From positions 1-64,000 of the forward strand of contig CAWGAA010000001.1 in assembly GCA_963820525.1 (NCBI GenBank): a stretch of DNA of 64,000 bases, given 5' to 3'. Within the stretch, counting starts at the first letter, position 1. Each line of letters opens with the position of its first letter. Positions 39,074 to 50,599 of this stretch are shown here, in pieces. The notes beneath the pieces were generated by a model, which did not search any database, was not told the origin of the DNA, and saw only the letters and a program-made list of their open reading frames with translations. The position numbers and the translations under genes were made by a program. The DNA comes from an uncultured Spirochaetota bacterium (GTDB lineage Bacteria > Spirochaetota > Spirochaetia > SZUA-6 > Fen-1364).

Positions 39074-40021
39074 CTAGAACAGGCTCTTCTCTGCGTCGAC
39101 CCTGCGGACGACGATGTTCGACGCCAGCACGAGGACGAATCCGACAACGGCCTGATAGAGGCCCGCCGCGGCCGACATGCCGATGTCTCCTGCGTTGATG
39201 AGGGTGCGATACACGTAGGTATCGATGACGTTTGTGACGGGGAACAGCGTCCCGTTGTTCATGGGCAGCTGGAAGAAAAGCCCGAAATCTCCATAGAACA
39301 TCCGCCCGATTCCCAGGATCACGTTGATGATGATGACGGGCGAGATGAGGGGGATCATGATGTTTCGGATGGTCTGCCAGCGGCTGGCCCCGTCGAGGGC
39401 GGATGCCTCGTAGTAGGTTATATCGATGCCGGAGATGGCGGCGAAGTACACGACGCTGGTATAGCCGGTGTATTTCCAGAGGTTGGCGAATACCAGGAAG
39501 AACGGCCAGTAGTTCTTTGCCGTGTACCAGGCGACGGGCTGCTGTCCGAAAGCGGGCAGGATGGCTTTGTTCAGCAGGCCGAGGTCTACAGAGAGGAAGG
39601 AGAACGCCAGGGTGCTCACGACGACCCAGGAGAGGAAGTAGGGGAGGAACATGACGCTCTGGTAGAAGCGGGCCACGCCCTTGGAGCGAAGGCCGTCCAG
39701 GGCCACGGCGGTGGCGATGGCGGAAAAGTTGCCCAGCGCAATGAAGACGATGTTGTAGGCGATGACGTTTCGCGTGACGATCCACGCGTCGGGCCCTGTG
39801 AGGAAGAAGGCGAAGTTCTGGATGCCGTTCCAGGGGCTCCTCAGGAAGCCCAGGGAGTAGTTGATGTTCTTGAACGCAATGAAGATGAACCCCATGGGAA
39901 CGTAGCTGAAAATGAGCAGCACCACGATGCCGGGGATCAACATGCTCAAAAGGCCCAAATTCAGTCTTCTTCTGCGCGGCCTTCCATGGAGAGATACCCC
40001 GCTAAGGGCTTGTGAACTCAT
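39074..40021 (-). CDS. Carbohydrate ABC transporter permease (LplB-like)
   Basis: FLPYFLSWVVV, YEASALDGASRW and VIDTYVYR motifs. Confidence 0.93.
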   Translation of the reverse strand: MSSQALSGVSLHGRPRRRRLNLGLLSMLIPGIVVLLIFSYVPMGFIFIAFKNINYSLGFLRSPWNGIQNFAFFLTGPDAWIVTRNVIAYNIVFIALGNFSAIATAVALDGLRSKGVARFYQSVMFLPYFLSWVVVSTLAFSFLSVDLGLLNKAILPAFGQQPVAWYTAKNYWPFFLVFANLWKYTGYTSVVYFAAISGIDITYYEASALDGASRWQTIRNIMIPLISPVIIINVILGIGRMFYGDFGLFFQLPMNNGTLFPVTNVIDTYVYRTLINAGDIGMSAAAGLYQAVVGFVLVLASNIVVRRVDAEKSLF

Positions 40022-40036
40022 CTTTAGGATCTCCTT

Positions 40037-42478
40037 TCACCCCAAGACAGCTTCCACGACGTGCCGTTTCCCGTCCCGGAAAGCGTCAATAGTATTCCCG
40101 TCGGCCCTTTTCCCGTCAATAGTAAGGGAAGAGAGGCCGCGGCAGACATGAGAGGGATTCTTCACTTCGATCTGGTACACGGCACCCCTGAACTCCCGCA
40201 CGGCGCGGAAGCCCGCCCAGGCGGAGGGGATGCACGGATCGAGCTTCAATCCCTGGTAGGTGGGCATGAGCCCGAGGATATGCTTTGTGGCGGCCTGGTA
40301 GACCCAGGAGGCAGTACCGGAAAGCCACGAGTTTCTCGCCAGGCCGAACTGGGGATGCTCGTCGGCCAGGATGTTCTGCGGGTAGACGTACGGCTCGCAT
40401 TCGTACTCGTCGATGATCTCGTTCTTGGCCGCCGGGTTGATCTGGCGGTAGTACTGGTAGGCGCGATCGCCGTTTCCCACGATCGTCTCCGCGATCATCA
40501 CCCACGGGTTGGTGTGGAGGAAGATGCCGCAGTTTTCCTTGGTTCCGGGAGGGAAGGTCGTGATTCCTCCCTTGGCGCGATCGAACCCATTGAAGCTCGG
40601 GGCCGAGAGCTTTATTCCCTTGGAGGTGTTGAGCAGCCGGGCCACGGATTCCAAGGCCGTTCGCGCCCTCTCCTCGGAGGCGAAGCCGCAGATGATCGGC
40701 CAGGATTGGGCGTTGATATAGATCTTGCCCTTCTGGCTCGTCCTGGATCCCAGGGGGGAGCCGTCCCAGTCGAAGTAGCGCACGTACCACTCGCCGTCCC
40801 AGGCGTGTTGGTTGAATCTGTCCTTCATCTCGGCGTGGCGCGCCCGGAGTGCGGAAGCGGACGCCGGGTCGCGCATGAAATCCGCAAGCTCGATCATCTC
40901 CAGAGCCGCCTTGCCGTACAGGCATGCCGTGAAAATCGACTCGGCGCCCGTGGCGAGGTTCACCGTGTCGTTCCAATCCGCGAAGCCCAGGAGGGGAAGC
41001 CCGTGCTTTCCCACGTTTCCCTGGGTGAAATCGAGGGCGCGGCGCATGTGATCCATCACCGTCGCGGTCTCCAGCGTCCGGCCCGCTTTGTCTTTTTCAT
41101 AGAACGGGATCCGCTCTTCGAGGAAAGCGAAATCGCCGGTCTCCTTCAGATAGGCGCAGACGGCAAGCACGATCCACAAATGGTCGTCGCTGTAGTATTG
41201 CGGCCTGTCCTCCCGCTCCTTGGCGTCGCCCACGGATGCCTCTCCGCTCAAGGGGTTGAACTGGTGATAGGCGGCGCCGCTTCTCTTTTGCACGCCCAGG
41301 AGCGCCCTGATGAGCTCCTTTGCCTCTCCCGGCGCGCTCGCCAGGACGCCCATGACGTCCTGGGAGGAGTCCCGGAATCCGATTCCGCGCTCCCCATACC
41401 CCAGCTGGTACAGCGAGAGGTAGCGCGACCAGTTCATCGTGATGTAGCACTGGCGCGGGTTGTGGATGTTGAGCATCCGGTCCGTGTCGGGGTCCGGAGT
41501 GGAAAAGCTCTGGCGTGAAAGGTACCCTTCCCAGAAGAGCGAAATGTCCGCGAGCGCCTCGTCCACAGCGCTTTCCCGCCAGAAGGCGCGGATTCCCGGG
41601 AGGGCCTTCTCCACGCTCTCAGCCTGGCCAAGCTGCACGATGAGTCTCTTTTCAACCCCCGAGGCCAGCTCTCCGAGGTGGTGGAGGAGGGCGGCGATGT
41701 TGTCTCCGCGACGGGCTTCGTAGTCGCCCAGCTCGTCCTCCTGGAGGCTCAGGGGATTTGCCCAGGTGCCGTACTCATTCGCGCCAAGGAACCGCTTGCG
41801 GTCCGTCTCGAAGGAGGAGGCGGGGAGGCTGGATGCGAGGAAATTGACCTGAGTGTCCCGGTTCATGAATGCGTACTGGCTGAGAACTTTGCGCCCGCCC
41901 TCGGCTTCAAAAAGGGTGCTCTGCATCGTCTGCGGCACCCAATCCGCGTTGGTGAGCTGTTTGAGGGCATCGAAATGCGAGTACTCCGCCACGGGGATTG
42001 CGTCCACGTCCGCCTTCTTCTTGCCGAGGTTTTTGACCCTGATGTCGAGGATGAGCCGATGCTCCCCGCGGGGCACGAAGAAGACCGCCTCCGTTCGCAG
42101 CCCCGAGTATTCGGAGACGATGCGGGTATACCCGAGCCCCACGTGGCACTCGAACAGATCGTACGGCTGAAGCGCGGGGACGAAGAAAGGCGAGATTACC
42201 CCATAGCCGTTTTCCCGGCGGACGCGCAGGTACAGCGTCGTGCCCTTGAAGTATCCGCTGGGCTCCAGGGCGAGGTAGCGGGTGATCCGGTTGAGTGCGG
42301 GATCGTCCCTGCAGATCAGAGCGCCGCCGGTGTGGTCGACCAGTCCGCCGAAGGCGCGGGTCCCCACATAGTTGATCCACTTCACGGGGGTGCGGGGATC
42401 CGTGATAACGTATTCTTTTCTGGCATCGTCAAACCGGCCGTAGCGAGCCAAGGCGGTCCTCGGGGTCCTCGATTTCAC
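40037..42478 (-). CDS. GH94 glycoside phosphorylase, specificity uncertain
   Basis: [37 protein letters not shown] and SWLSGT motifs; GTG start overlaps the upstream stop. Confidence 0.88.
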   Translation of the reverse strand: MKSRTPRTALARYGRFDDARKEYVITDPRTPVKWINYVGTRAFGGLVDHTGGALICRDDPALNRITRYLALEPSGYFKGTTLYLRVRRENGYGVISPFFVPALQPYDLFECHVGLGYTRIVSEYSGLRTEAVFFVPRGEHRLILDIRVKNLGKKKADVDAIPVAEYSHFDALKQLTNADWVPQTMQSTLFEAEGGRKVLSQYAFMNRDTQVNFLASSLPASSFETDRKRFLGANEYGTWANPLSLQEDELGDYEARRGDNIAALLHHLGELASGVEKRLIVQLGQAESVEKALPGIRAFWRESAVDEALADISLFWEGYLSRQSFSTPDPDTDRMLNIHNPRQCYITMNWSRYLSLYQLGYGERGIGFRDSSQDVMGVLASAPGEAKELIRALLGVQKRSGAAYHQFNPLSGEASVGDAKEREDRPQYYSDDHLWIVLAVCAYLKETGDFAFLEERIPFYEKDKAGRTLETATVMDHMRRALDFTQGNVGKHGLPLLGFADWNDTVNLATGAESIFTACLYGKAALEMIELADFMRDPASASALRARHAEMKDRFNQHAWDGEWYVRYFDWDGSPLGSRTSQKGKIYINAQSWPIICGFASEERARTALESVARLLNTSKGIKLSAPSFNGFDRAKGGITTFPPGTKENCGIFLHTNPWVMIAETIVGNGDRAYQYYRQINPAAKNEIIDEYECEPYVYPQNILADEHPQFGLARNSWLSGTASWVYQAATKHILGLMPTYQGLKLDPCIPSAWAGFRAVREFRGAVYQIEVKNPSHVCRGLSSLTIDGKRADGNTIDAFRDGKRHVVEAVLG

Positions 42479-44907
42479 GCTTCGACCACGACCTGGCGCC
42501 CTGCGCCATTCGCCGCCGGCGGAACCACGCTGGAATCGAAAGGCTTTCCATCGACAACCAGCCTCTGGGCGGCAAGCGGTTTTCCCGTGTTCCTGACCGT
42601 GATCGTGTAGAGGCATCCGCGGAACGTGCGCTTGATTTCGGCCTCACCGATGTGCCTGGGGAGACAGGGCTCGATGCGCAGCCCGTCATAGTCGGGGCGT
42701 ACACCAAGGATCCACTGGGAAACGGCGACGAAGTTCCACGCGGCCGTCCCGGTGAGCCAGGAGTTCTTTGCCTCCCCTTTCCTCGGGGCCGCCTTGCCCG
42801 CCACCATCTGGGAGTAGACGTACGGCTCCATCCTGTGCAGCTCCTGGTCTTCCGCCTCGAGGTAGGCGGGAGAGATCTTGCTGTAGTATTCGAAAGCCCT
42901 CTCCGACCTTCCCCCAATGCATTCGGCGATCATTATCCAGGGATTGTTGTGGCAGAAGACCCCGCCGTTTTCCTTGTAGCCGGGCGGGTAGGAGGAAATC
43001 TCGCCGAGCTCGAGATGATAGTCGCGGTAAGGGGGGTCGAGGATCATGATGCCGTAGGGTGTGTCGAGGTGCTCCTTCACCGCGTCCAGGGCCTGGATGG
43101 GGTAGCCTGATTCCTTTCCGATGCCCGCCATGGCGCAGAAGCCGTTGGACTCGATATAGATTTTTCCATCCCGGCATTCACTGGAGCCGACTTTCTTTCC
43201 GTTGTCGTCGTAGGCGCGCAGGTACCACTTCCCGTCCCACCCGTGCTTCAGCACGGTCTGCCGCATCGCTTCGATGTGCCGCTCGGCTTCCGCGGCCTCC
43301 TGGGAATGGCCGGTCCTGCGGCACAGCTCCACGTACTCGGCCCCGATGAAGACGAACATGCCGGCGATCATGACGGATTCGGCCGTGCGCCCGTCACGGG
43401 CCGTGGCGGTCTGGAAGGAATCATTGGGGTCGGTGGAAAAGCAGTTCAGGTTGAGGCAGTCGTTCCAATCCGCGCGTCCGATCAGGGGAAGGCCATGAGG
43501 CCCCAGGTTGTTCACGACGTGGGAAAACGAGCGCTTCAGGTGCTCGAAGAGCGGCGCCGCCATCTCGGGGCGATGGTCGAAGGGGACCCGCTCGTCCAGG
43601 ATGGCCCAGTCTCCGGTTTCCTTGATGTAGGCGGAGGTGGAGAGGATGAGCCACAGCGGATCGTCGTTGAAATCCCCGCCGATGTCGGAATTGCCCTGCT
43701 TGGTGAGGGGCTGGAACTGATGGTAGGCCCCGCCGTCCTCGAACTGGGTGGCGGCCACGTCGAGTATGCGCTCCCGCACGCGGCTGGGGATCTGGTGCAT
43801 GCAGCCCAGGACGTCCTGGTTTGTGTCTCGAAACCCGATTCCCCGGCCGATGCCGCTCTCGAAGTAGCTGGCGCTCCTGGCCATGTTGAAGGTTGTCATG
43901 CACTGGTACTGGTTCCAGAGGCTCACCATGCGGTCGAGCTTCTCGTCGGAGCTCGAAACCGAGTAGCGGGAAAAAAGATCGTTCCAGTAGGCGGCAAGGC
44001 GTGCGAACTCAGCTTCCACCTTGGAGGTGGTATCGAAGCGCTCCATGAGCGCTCGTGCGCGGGACTTGTTGATGACGCCGGGAGAGCTCCATTTCTCCGC
44101 GTCGGGGTTCTCCACGTAGCCCAAAAGGAAGACGAAGCTGCGCTCCTCCCCCGGCTTCATAGTCGCGCTGATCTGGTGTGAGGCGATGGGAGACCAACCC
44201 GAGGCGATGCCGGAGCAAAGCTTGCCTTTCCGGACAGCTTCGGGCATTTGAAAGCTGCAGTAGCGTCCCGTGAAGCTTTCCCTGTCGGTTTCGAATCCGG
44301 CGATCGGCGCGTTCACCCAATAGAAGGAGTAGTGATCGCGCCGCTCGCGGTATTCGGTCTTGTGGAATATGGCGCCCCCTTCGACTTCGACCTCGCCGGT
44401 GGAGAAATTGCGCTGAAAGTTTGTCATGTCGTCCAGGGCGTTCCAGAGACAGAACTCGACGAATGAGAAAAGCTCCAGCCGCTTCGCCTTGCGCGAGAGA
44501 TTTCGCAGGGTGAGCAGCTGCACTTCGCAGCTGGCCCCCAGGGGCACGAAGAGAAGGAGATCCGCTTCTACGCCGTCCTTCCGGGAGACCAGGCGCGTGT
44601 AACCGGCCCCGTGGCGGCATTCATAGGAGTCGAGCTTGGTTTGCGTCGGCCGCCAGCCCGGGTTCCAGACCACGTCGCCGTCCTTGATGTAGAACCAGCG
44701 CCCGTTGGTGTCGAGGGGCACGTCGTTGTAGCGGTATCGGGTGAGCCTTCGAAAGCGCGCGTCCTTGTAGAAGGAATAGCCGCCGGCCGTATTGGAAACG
44801 AGGGAAAAGAACTCCTCGCTTCCGAGGTAGTTGATCCAGGGCCAGGGTGTGTCGGGCCTCGTGATGACATATTCCTTGCTCTGATCGTTGAAGTGCCCGT
44901 ATGCCAT
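42475..44907 (-). CDS. GH94 cellobiose phosphorylase
   Basis: [51 protein letters not shown] and [10 protein letters not shown] motifs; GGAGG SD. Confidence 0.9.
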   Translation of the reverse strand: MAYGHFNDQSKEYVITRPDTPWPWINYLGSEEFFSLVSNTAGGYSFYKDARFRRLTRYRYNDVPLDTNGRWFYIKDGDVVWNPGWRPTQTKLDSYECRHGAGYTRLVSRKDGVEADLLLFVPLGASCEVQLLTLRNLSRKAKRLELFSFVEFCLWNALDDMTNFQRNFSTGEVEVEGGAIFHKTEYRERRDHYSFYWVNAPIAGFETDRESFTGRYCSFQMPEAVRKGKLCSGIASGWSPIASHQISATMKPGEERSFVFLLGYVENPDAEKWSSPGVINKSRARALMERFDTTSKVEAEFARLAAYWNDLFSRYSVSSSDEKLDRMVSLWNQYQCMTTFNMARSASYFESGIGRGIGFRDTNQDVLGCMHQIPSRVRERILDVAATQFEDGGAYHQFQPLTKQGNSDIGGDFNDDPLWLILSTSAYIKETGDWAILDERVPFDHRPEMAAPLFEHLKRSFSHVVNNLGPHGLPLIGRADWNDCLNLNCFSTDPNDSFQTATARDGRTAESVMIAGMFVFIGAEYVELCRRTGHSQEAAEAERHIEAMRQTVLKHGWDGKWYLRAYDDNGKKVGSSECRDGKIYIESNGFCAMAGIGKESGYPIQALDAVKEHLDTPYGIMILDPPYRDYHLELGEISSYPPGYKENGGVFCHNNPWIMIAECIGGRSERAFEYYSKISPAYLEAEDQELHRMEPYVYSQMVAGKAAPRKGEAKNSWLTGTAAWNFVAVSQWILGVRPDYDGLRIEPCLPRHIGEAEIKRTFRGCLYTITVRNTGKPLAAQRLVVDGKPFDSSVVPPAANGAGRQVVVEA

Positions 44908-44947
44908 TCCTTCCTCCGGGATGAGCGGGCTCGTGCGCCCGAAAATC

Positions 44948-44975
44948 GCGGGCAGCCCCGCTTGGGGCTGCCCGC
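44948..44975 (-). other. Intercistronic 12-bp stem-loop after the SBP gene
   Basis: GCGGGCAGCCCC-GCTT-GGGGCTGCCCGC. Confidence 0.7.
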
Positions 44976-45008
44976 ATTCGTTCTCGTTACAGAGAGCTTT
45001 CTCTTGAA

Positions 45009-46469
45009 CTACTTCTTTGTCTTTGCGGTCCAGGCGTCGTACTGCTTCTGGACTTCGGCGATGATCTTGTCGACTCCGGCGTCCTTGAACTTGGCCACTG
45101 CATCGGGGATGACCTTGTCGGGATCCACGGTGCCGGTCTCGAGGGGAGGAGTGAACTCCTTCCACACGCTCTTGGCCTGCGCGACTTCGGTCTTCACAGG
45201 GGTGGCGTCGAAGGAGAATCCAAGATCCTTGAGGGGCAGGGCGGCCTTGTTGTAGGCATCGAACTTGGCCCACTTCTTGGGGTCCTCATTGGAGTAGAGG
45301 TAGTTGATGAACTGGTTGCCGAACGCCCATTGAGTTCCCGGGTTGTACTTGTCCACCGCGGGGCCGGCCTTGACGACGTCGCCTTCGAGCTTCACGTAGT
45401 GGGTTCCCTCAATGCCGTAGTTGATCAGGTTGTTGAGGTACTTGTCGGTGTTGAAGAGCTCGAGGAACGCCATGGCCATCTCGGGGTGCTTGGAGGTGCG
45501 GGAGATCGCCTGCATGGAGCCGGTGGTCTCGCGGTTCGACATGACCGGCGGGGTGATCTCGACCTGGAGCCAGGGATGTCCGGTGGAGTTCGTCATCTCG
45601 GCGTCTTTGCCCGGCTTCAGGGACTTGGTGGCGGCGAAGATGAGGCCCGCCTTCTCGTCCGCGTTGAAGTCGGTGACGGTGGCCGCGTCCTTGCGGATGT
45701 AGCCGGCGTTGTAGAACTTGTTGACGACCTTGAACAGGGCCTTGGTCTCGGGAGCCTCAAACTCGTTGACGACCTTGTTGGACCTGTTGTCGGGATACAG
45801 GGAGACGGGAACATCGTCCGAAACCATCTTGTCCCAGTCCAGGAGGAAGCGGGGCGACTCGCCCACGCACGCCTCGAGGGGATACATGCCGGGCTCGCCC
45901 GCCTTGATCTGAGCCAGGAACGGGTCGAGGTCCGCGAGGGACTTAATCTTGGAGATGTCCATGTTGTACTTCTTCACCAGGTCGCTTCTGAGGATGAAGC
46001 CCCAGTTGTGGGCCTTTTCCTTGTTGGCGGGGATGGCGAAGTTCACCCCGTCGATGGCGGACCCGGCCAGGAAGTCGGCTCCCAGGAGCGCCTTGGTCTT
46101 GGGCGCGTACTTGGTGAGCAGGTCATTCAGGGGCAGGTACGCTCCGCGAGCCGCGTTGTTGGCGTAGTTGTTGACCCACACCGCGGTGAAGCAGATGTCG
46201 AACGACTCGCCGCCGGCGATCATTGTCTGCAACTTCTGGTCGTAGGAACCCCAGTCGAAGCAGGTGATTTTGATCGAGGCGTTGAGGCCCTTGCTCTGGA
46301 TGTACTTGGTCGCCGCTTCATCGATTTTGGCCTGATCCGCCTGAGGGCCGTTTCCGATCATGTACCAAGTAATCTGGACCGGCTTTCCTTCCTTCTGCCC
46401 TGTTGCTACCGCCGTCAGGGTGACGGCCAGGAGCAATGCGGCAGCCATGAGAAAGATCCTTCTCCACAT
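45009..46469 (-). CDS. Oligosaccharide ABC substrate-binding protein (DUF3502/LplA-like)
   Basis: Signal peptide, [14 protein letters not shown] and [22 protein letters not shown]. Confidence 0.9.
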   Translation of the reverse strand: MWRRIFLMAAALLLAVTLTAVATGQKEGKPVQITWYMIGNGPQADQAKIDEAATKYIQSKGLNASIKITCFDWGSYDQKLQTMIAGGESFDICFTAVWVNNYANNAARGAYLPLNDLLTKYAPKTKALLGADFLAGSAIDGVNFAIPANKEKAHNWGFILRSDLVKKYNMDISKIKSLADLDPFLAQIKAGEPGMYPLEACVGESPRFLLDWDKMVSDDVPVSLYPDNRSNKVVNEFEAPETKALFKVVNKFYNAGYIRKDAATVTDFNADEKAGLIFAATKSLKPGKDAEMTNSTGHPWLQVEITPPVMSNRETTGSMQAISRTSKHPEMAMAFLELFNTDKYLNNLINYGIEGTHYVKLEGDVVKAGPAVDKYNPGTQWAFGNQFINYLYSNEDPKKWAKFDAYNKAALPLKDLGFSFDATPVKTEVAQAKSVWKEFTPPLETGTVDPDKVIPDAVAKFKDAGVDKIIAEVQKQYDAWTAKTKK

Positions 46470-46499
46470 ACTCTGAACCTCCTTCAAAGATTCTCTCCC

Positions 46500-47525
46500 T
46501 CAACGAGGGATTTTCTCCCAATGTGAAACGCGCCCGCAGGATTCTCGCACCATGAGCTTCGGAGGAAGCACCGTATTCTTCTCCTGGGGCTCGGCGCCGT
46601 CCATGAGGGCGAACAGGATGTCGACCGCGGTTTTCCCCAGCTCCTCGATGGGCTGGCTGACCGCGGTGACGGGTGGAATGAGGTGCTCGAAAAAAGGATG
46701 ATCGTCAAAAGACACCATCGAGAGATCCTTCGGGATCTCTCTGCCCAATTGCGCGCACGCTTTCAAGGTGCCGATGACGAGGTCACCGGCGCCGACGAAG
46801 AGCGCCGTGAGGGAGGGGTTTTCCGAGAGGATGGCGGTCACGCTCTTGATGGCGTCTTCCGCCTGGTAGGAGCAGTAGTGCACCTGTGAGGAGTCAAGCC
46901 CATGAGCGCCGAGCGCCTGCTGGAAGCCCCGCACCCTGTCCTGGATGTAGGGGTAGCGCGCCGGGCCGGCGAGCATCGCGATCGAGGTGTGTCCCGAGGC
47001 AATGATGTGCTCTACCGCCATGCGGGCCCCGCCTTCGTTGTCCACGTCGATGGAGCAGGGGGAGATCCCGGGGCTCTTGCCCACGATCACGAAGGGAAGG
47101 CCTTTCAGGAGCAGCTCCGCCAAGTGCTTCTCCCCGAACTGCTCTGCTCCGATGATCGCCCCGTCAATCCTGCGGCCTTTGAGGATGGAATGGAAAGCCG
47201 AATCCACGTCGTTCTCCTCCCGCGCCGTGGAGAGAAGCACGTTGATTCCCCTCAGGGCTGCCTGCTCTGTGATCGTGGTGAGAAGGACGGGCCAGAAGGT
47301 GCTCATCATTGAATAGCGGCCGGTGTGCGGGATGATGAACCCCAGGGTATGGGTTCGCCGCGCGGCCAGACCGCGCGCTGCGGCATTGGGGTGGAAATCG
47401 AGCGATTTGATCAGCTTCATTACGCGGTGGCGGGTATCAGCTCCTACACCGGGCACGCCGTTGATGACTCGGGAAACGGTTCCTTTCGATACGTGCGCCA
47501 TTTCGGCGATATCTTTGATCGTCAT
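46500..47525 (-). CDS. LacI family transcriptional regulator
   Basis: MTIKDIAEMAHVSKGTVSRVIN HTH, PNAAARGL hinge, IPKDLS and VRES motifs. Confidence 0.95.
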   Translation of the reverse strand: MTIKDIAEMAHVSKGTVSRVINGVPGVGADTRHRVMKLIKSLDFHPNAAARGLAARRTHTLGFIIPHTGRYSMMSTFWPVLLTTITEQAALRGINVLLSTAREENDVDSAFHSILKGRRIDGAIIGAEQFGEKHLAELLLKGLPFVIVGKSPGISPCSIDVDNEGGARMAVEHIIASGHTSIAMLAGPARYPYIQDRVRGFQQALGAHGLDSSQVHYCSYQAEDAIKSVTAILSENPSLTALFVGAGDLVIGTLKACAQLGREIPKDLSMVSFDDHPFFEHLIPPVTAVSQPIEELGKTAVDILFALMDGAEPQEKNTVLPPKLMVRESCGRVSHWEKIPR

Positions 47526-47549
47526 TTCTCTGAATCACCTTTGGATTCT

Positions 47550-47670
47550 AAACCGGTTTCGCTAAAGGTTGGCATAAAAAATGAATACCTATATAGAATC
47601 AATAAAATTGCCCTTGCATTCATAACAAAACCGGTTTCGTGATTGTGTAACACATTTGCTGATTTGTCAA
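47550..47670 (-). promoter_or_regulatory. Operon promoter with two LacI-type operators
   Basis: TTGACA(47670-65)-17-CACAAT; AAACCGGTTT palindromes at 47550-47559 and 47628-47637; weaker copies near 47777 and 47845. Confidence 0.8.
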
Positions 47671-47915
47671 GAGAAATTTATCAAGCAATAAAACCCCTGA
47701 AAAATAAGGAAAAAAAGGGCATAATCCCTGGATCGGTAACTCCGCGCCAGATAGGGGATCTGTGCTGTGGATGTTACGAAACCGGTCGCTCAACCTCAAT
47801 TTTGGGTTAATTTCTTGTATTAGTGGATTTTACATGCGCCGCCTAAACCAGTTTTGGCAAGGCCTTTCCTTGTCACGGGGCGAGCCGCCCCCGTTGCCCG
47901 TGAACTTAAGGCCTT

Positions 47916-48692
47916 TCAGCGGGAGGCTGATTGGCGTTCCGCGGGGTCCTGCCTGTAGAATTGCGCCAGGAGCCTGTAGACCTCGCCGTATTCCGAGCGG
48001 AGGGTCCGGGGCCGCTCGAAGAAGTACTCGCTGGACACCGCGAAGAACTCCGAGTCGCTCTCCACGGCATATGCGTCGATCTTCGGCCGCTTCCTGCCGC
48101 TCTTTGCCCTGCGGCTGAGATCCCTGAAAGCCGCGGAAAAAACCTCGCGCCACTCCTCGGGGCTCATCCCCTCATGCAGGAGAGGCCTGCCGTTGATGGT
48201 CCCATCGAGGAGATCGAGCCGATGCGCCGCCTCGTGGATCACGACATTGTAGCCGTCACCCCATCCCGATGCTTCGACATCCTGCCACGAGAGGAGGACC
48301 GGCCCGAAATCCCAGGATTCCCCGCTCTTGTCCTCCTCCCACTCGTGGGCCACGCCCGCCCTGTCGTATTCCTGATGTTCCTCGACGAAAACGTCAGGGA
48401 CGACGACGATCGTCTTCCAATTGTCGTACCATTCGAGGCCGAGATGGAGGATGGGAAGGCTTGCCTGGAGCGATATCACGGTGCGCATGAAATCGGTGAG
48501 CTCCAGGCCGTCGGCCCCTTCGAAGACCTTCTCATGGAGGAACACCGTGGTGAGCTCGCGCAGGGTCGCGAGCTCTTCGTTGGAAAGGCCCCGGAGGATG
48601 GGGTGCTCATCAAAGAGCTGCCCCCACGCCTCGTCCGGGAGAAGACCTCCCTTGAGAATGAGGCTGCGGCGGATGCTTCGGAGGATCCCCAT
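47916..48692 (-). CDS. mtfA: MtfA/peptidase M90 family zinc peptidase
   Basis: FLHEKVFEG, GESW..GPVLLSW, NVVIHEAAHRLD, EFFAVSSEYFFE and FYRQDP motifs. Confidence 0.9.
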   Translation of the reverse strand: MGILRSIRRSLILKGGLLPDEAWGQLFDEHPILRGLSNEELATLRELTTVFLHEKVFEGADGLELTDFMRTVISLQASLPILHLGLEWYDNWKTIVVVPDVFVEEHQEYDRAGVAHEWEEDKSGESWDFGPVLLSWQDVEASGWGDGYNVVIHEAAHRLDLLDGTINGRPLLHEGMSPEEWREVFSAAFRDLSRRAKSGRKRPKIDAYAVESDSEFFAVSSEYFFERPRTLRSEYGEVYRLLAQFYRQDPAERQSASR

Positions 48693-48719
48693 GGGGAGAA
48701 TCTACCATAAAGCGGGGGA

Positions 48720-49490
48720 TTAGGCGCTTTTTTCTCGCCCCGCCGGGCTGCCGCGGAGCTCGACGATCCGCTGGACGGAGGAGAATGCAGAGTCGAGAAC
48801 CAGGGCGAGCAGCCCCGCGGAAAGCGCTCCCTCGATGAGATATGCGGGGTTCTGGTTGACAAGGCCGGAAATGATGGGCGCACCCAGGCCGCCCGCTCCG
48901 ATCGTCGCCCCGATGGTTGCCGTTCCCACGTTGACGATGACTGAAGTGCGCACCCCCGCGAGGATGACGGGAGCCGCGAGAGGGAGTTCCACCTTTCGGA
49001 GAATCTGAAGCTGCGTCATGCCCATTCCCCGGGCTGCCTCGATCGAATCGGGGGCCACGGAGGAGATTCCGCCGATGGTGTTCCTCAGAATGGGCAGAAT
49101 GCTGTAGAGAAAGAGGGCGGCGATGGTCGGAGCAAAGCCGAAGCCGAGGATGGGAACCGAAAGGGCGAGCACGGCGGCGGGAGGAAACGTCTGGCCGATG
49201 GCGGCAAGCTTCTCGGAAACGGGCATGAGGTCTCTCCCTCCGGGGCGTGTCACGGCGATCCCCGCTCCCAGCCCGACGATGCATGCGAGGAGGCTGGAGA
49301 CTCCCACCAGCAGGAGGTGCTCGCCGACGATGTACGAGGGATTCGCCCGCGGGTAGAGAAGGTCGGCCCGGCCGGGGAAGAGAAGCCCCAGGCCCCATTT
49401 CCAGGGGGCGGTGCTCATGGACAAAAACAGAAAGATCCCCCCGAGGACGATGAAACCGATCCACGGAGGGGCAATTCTCCTCGCTCTCAC
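48720..49490 (-). CDS. Osmoprotectant-type ABC permease (YehW-like)
   Basis: GQTFPPAAVLAL, EAARGMGM and GAGGLG motifs. Confidence 0.9.
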   Translation of the reverse strand: MRARRIAPPWIGFIVLGGIFLFLSMSTAPWKWGLGLLFPGRADLLYPRANPSYIVGEHLLLVGVSSLLACIVGLGAGIAVTRPGGRDLMPVSEKLAAIGQTFPPAAVLALSVPILGFGFAPTIAALFLYSILPILRNTIGGISSVAPDSIEAARGMGMTQLQILRKVELPLAAPVILAGVRTSVIVNVGTATIGATIGAGGLGAPIISGLVNQNPAYLIEGALSAGLLALVLDSAFSSVQRIVELRGSPAGREKSA

Positions 49491-50599
49491 CGGCCTCGCT
49501 CCGTCTCGCGCAAAAGGCGTCCGTCGGCGGCCCCTTCCACGTCGCTCAGGCTGATCTCCCCCTCCAAAGTGAAATCCCGGTCCACGACGGGGATGGTGCG
49601 AGCGCTTGCTCCGATCATGAAGGACAGCGCTTCCTTCAGCGAGCAGTCCGGGTTCACCGCCATCTCCCGTATGTTGTCCGTGATGATGGAGCCGCGGGGA
49701 TCTCCTCCCCGCTGAAGGGCTTGCGAGTCGAGGCTGCCAAGGAGCTTGCCATCGCGGTCCGTCACCCAGAGATACCGGGAAGGGGATGGGGCGGATTTCC
49801 GGCCCAGCTCGTCGATGCGCGCGCTCGAGGCCGGCCTCATGAAATCCTTGACGGAGAAGCGGGAGAGCCTCTTCAGGGCGCGGTCGGCGCCGACAAATCC
49901 TGCCACAAAGTGGTCCGCGGGGCTCTCCAGGATCTCCTCGGGCCTGCCGTACTGCACCAGCGTGCCCCCCCGCACAACAGCTATCCGATCCGCCAGCCTG
50001 ATCGCCTCATCCACGTCGTGGGTCACGAATACCACGGTCTTCTTCAGCTCTCTCTGGATCGAGAGAAACTCGTTTTGAAGCCGCAGCCTGTTCACCGGAT
50101 CCACGGCGCTGAAGGGCTCGTCCATGAGGATCACGGGAGGATCCGAGGCGAGTGCCCGCGCCACACCGACGCGCTGCGCCTCTCCCCCCGAAAGCTCGTT
50201 GGGGTAGCGCAGCCGATAGCGCGCCGGATCGAGGCCCACCAGGGCGAGCATCTCCTCGACTCTCGAGTTGATCCTTGCCCGTCCCCAGCGCAGGAGCTCG
50301 GGGACCACCGCTATGTTGGAGAACACCGTCATGTGGGGGAAGAGCCCGACGCTCTGGATCACGTACCCGATGCCGCGGCGAAGCTCCTCGGGGCGGAGTC
50401 CGCTCACATCCCTTCCGTCCAGGGTGACCCTGCCCGCGCTCGGCTCGATGAGGCGGTTGATCATGCGCAGCATCGTCGACTTTCCGCTTCCCGAAGGCCC
50501 CACCAGGACACAGAGCTCGTGGTCGAAGATCTCCAGATCTAGGCCGTCAACCGCGATCAGCTCTCCGAAGAGCCGGGAGACATTTTCAAACCTTATCAT
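49487..50599 (-). CDS. Osmoprotectant ABC ATPase with CBS domains (YehX/OpuCA-like)
   Basis: GPSGSGKS, LSGGEAQR, MDEPF and VTHD motifs. Confidence 0.93.
   Translation of the reverse strand: MIRFENVSRLFGELIAVDGLDLEIFDHELCVLVGPSGSGKSTMLRMINRLIEPSAGRVTLDGRDVSGLRPEELRRGIGYVIQSVGLFPHMTVFSNIAVVPELLRWGRARINSRVEEMLALVGLDPARYRLRYPNELSGGEAQRVGVARALASDPPVILMDEPFSAVDPVNRLRLQNEFLSIQRELKKTVVFVTHDVDEAIRLADRIAVVRGGTLVQYGRPEEILESPADHFVAGFVGADRALKRLSRFSVKDFMRPASSARIDELGRKSAPSPSRYLWVTDRDGKLLGSLDSQALQRGGDPRGSIITDNIREMAVNPDCSLKEALSFMIGASARTIPVVDRDFTLEGEISLSDVEGAADGRLLRETERGR

Noticed and set aside
47530..47900. AT-rich stretch as foreign DNA or a replication origin
   Set aside because: Explained by the LacI promoter/operator region; no DnaA-box cluster seen
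47916..48692. MtfA as a regulator of the adjacent LacI operon
   Set aside because: MtfA is known to titrate ROK-family Mlc, not LacI; it has its own promoter, and adjacency alone is weak evidence
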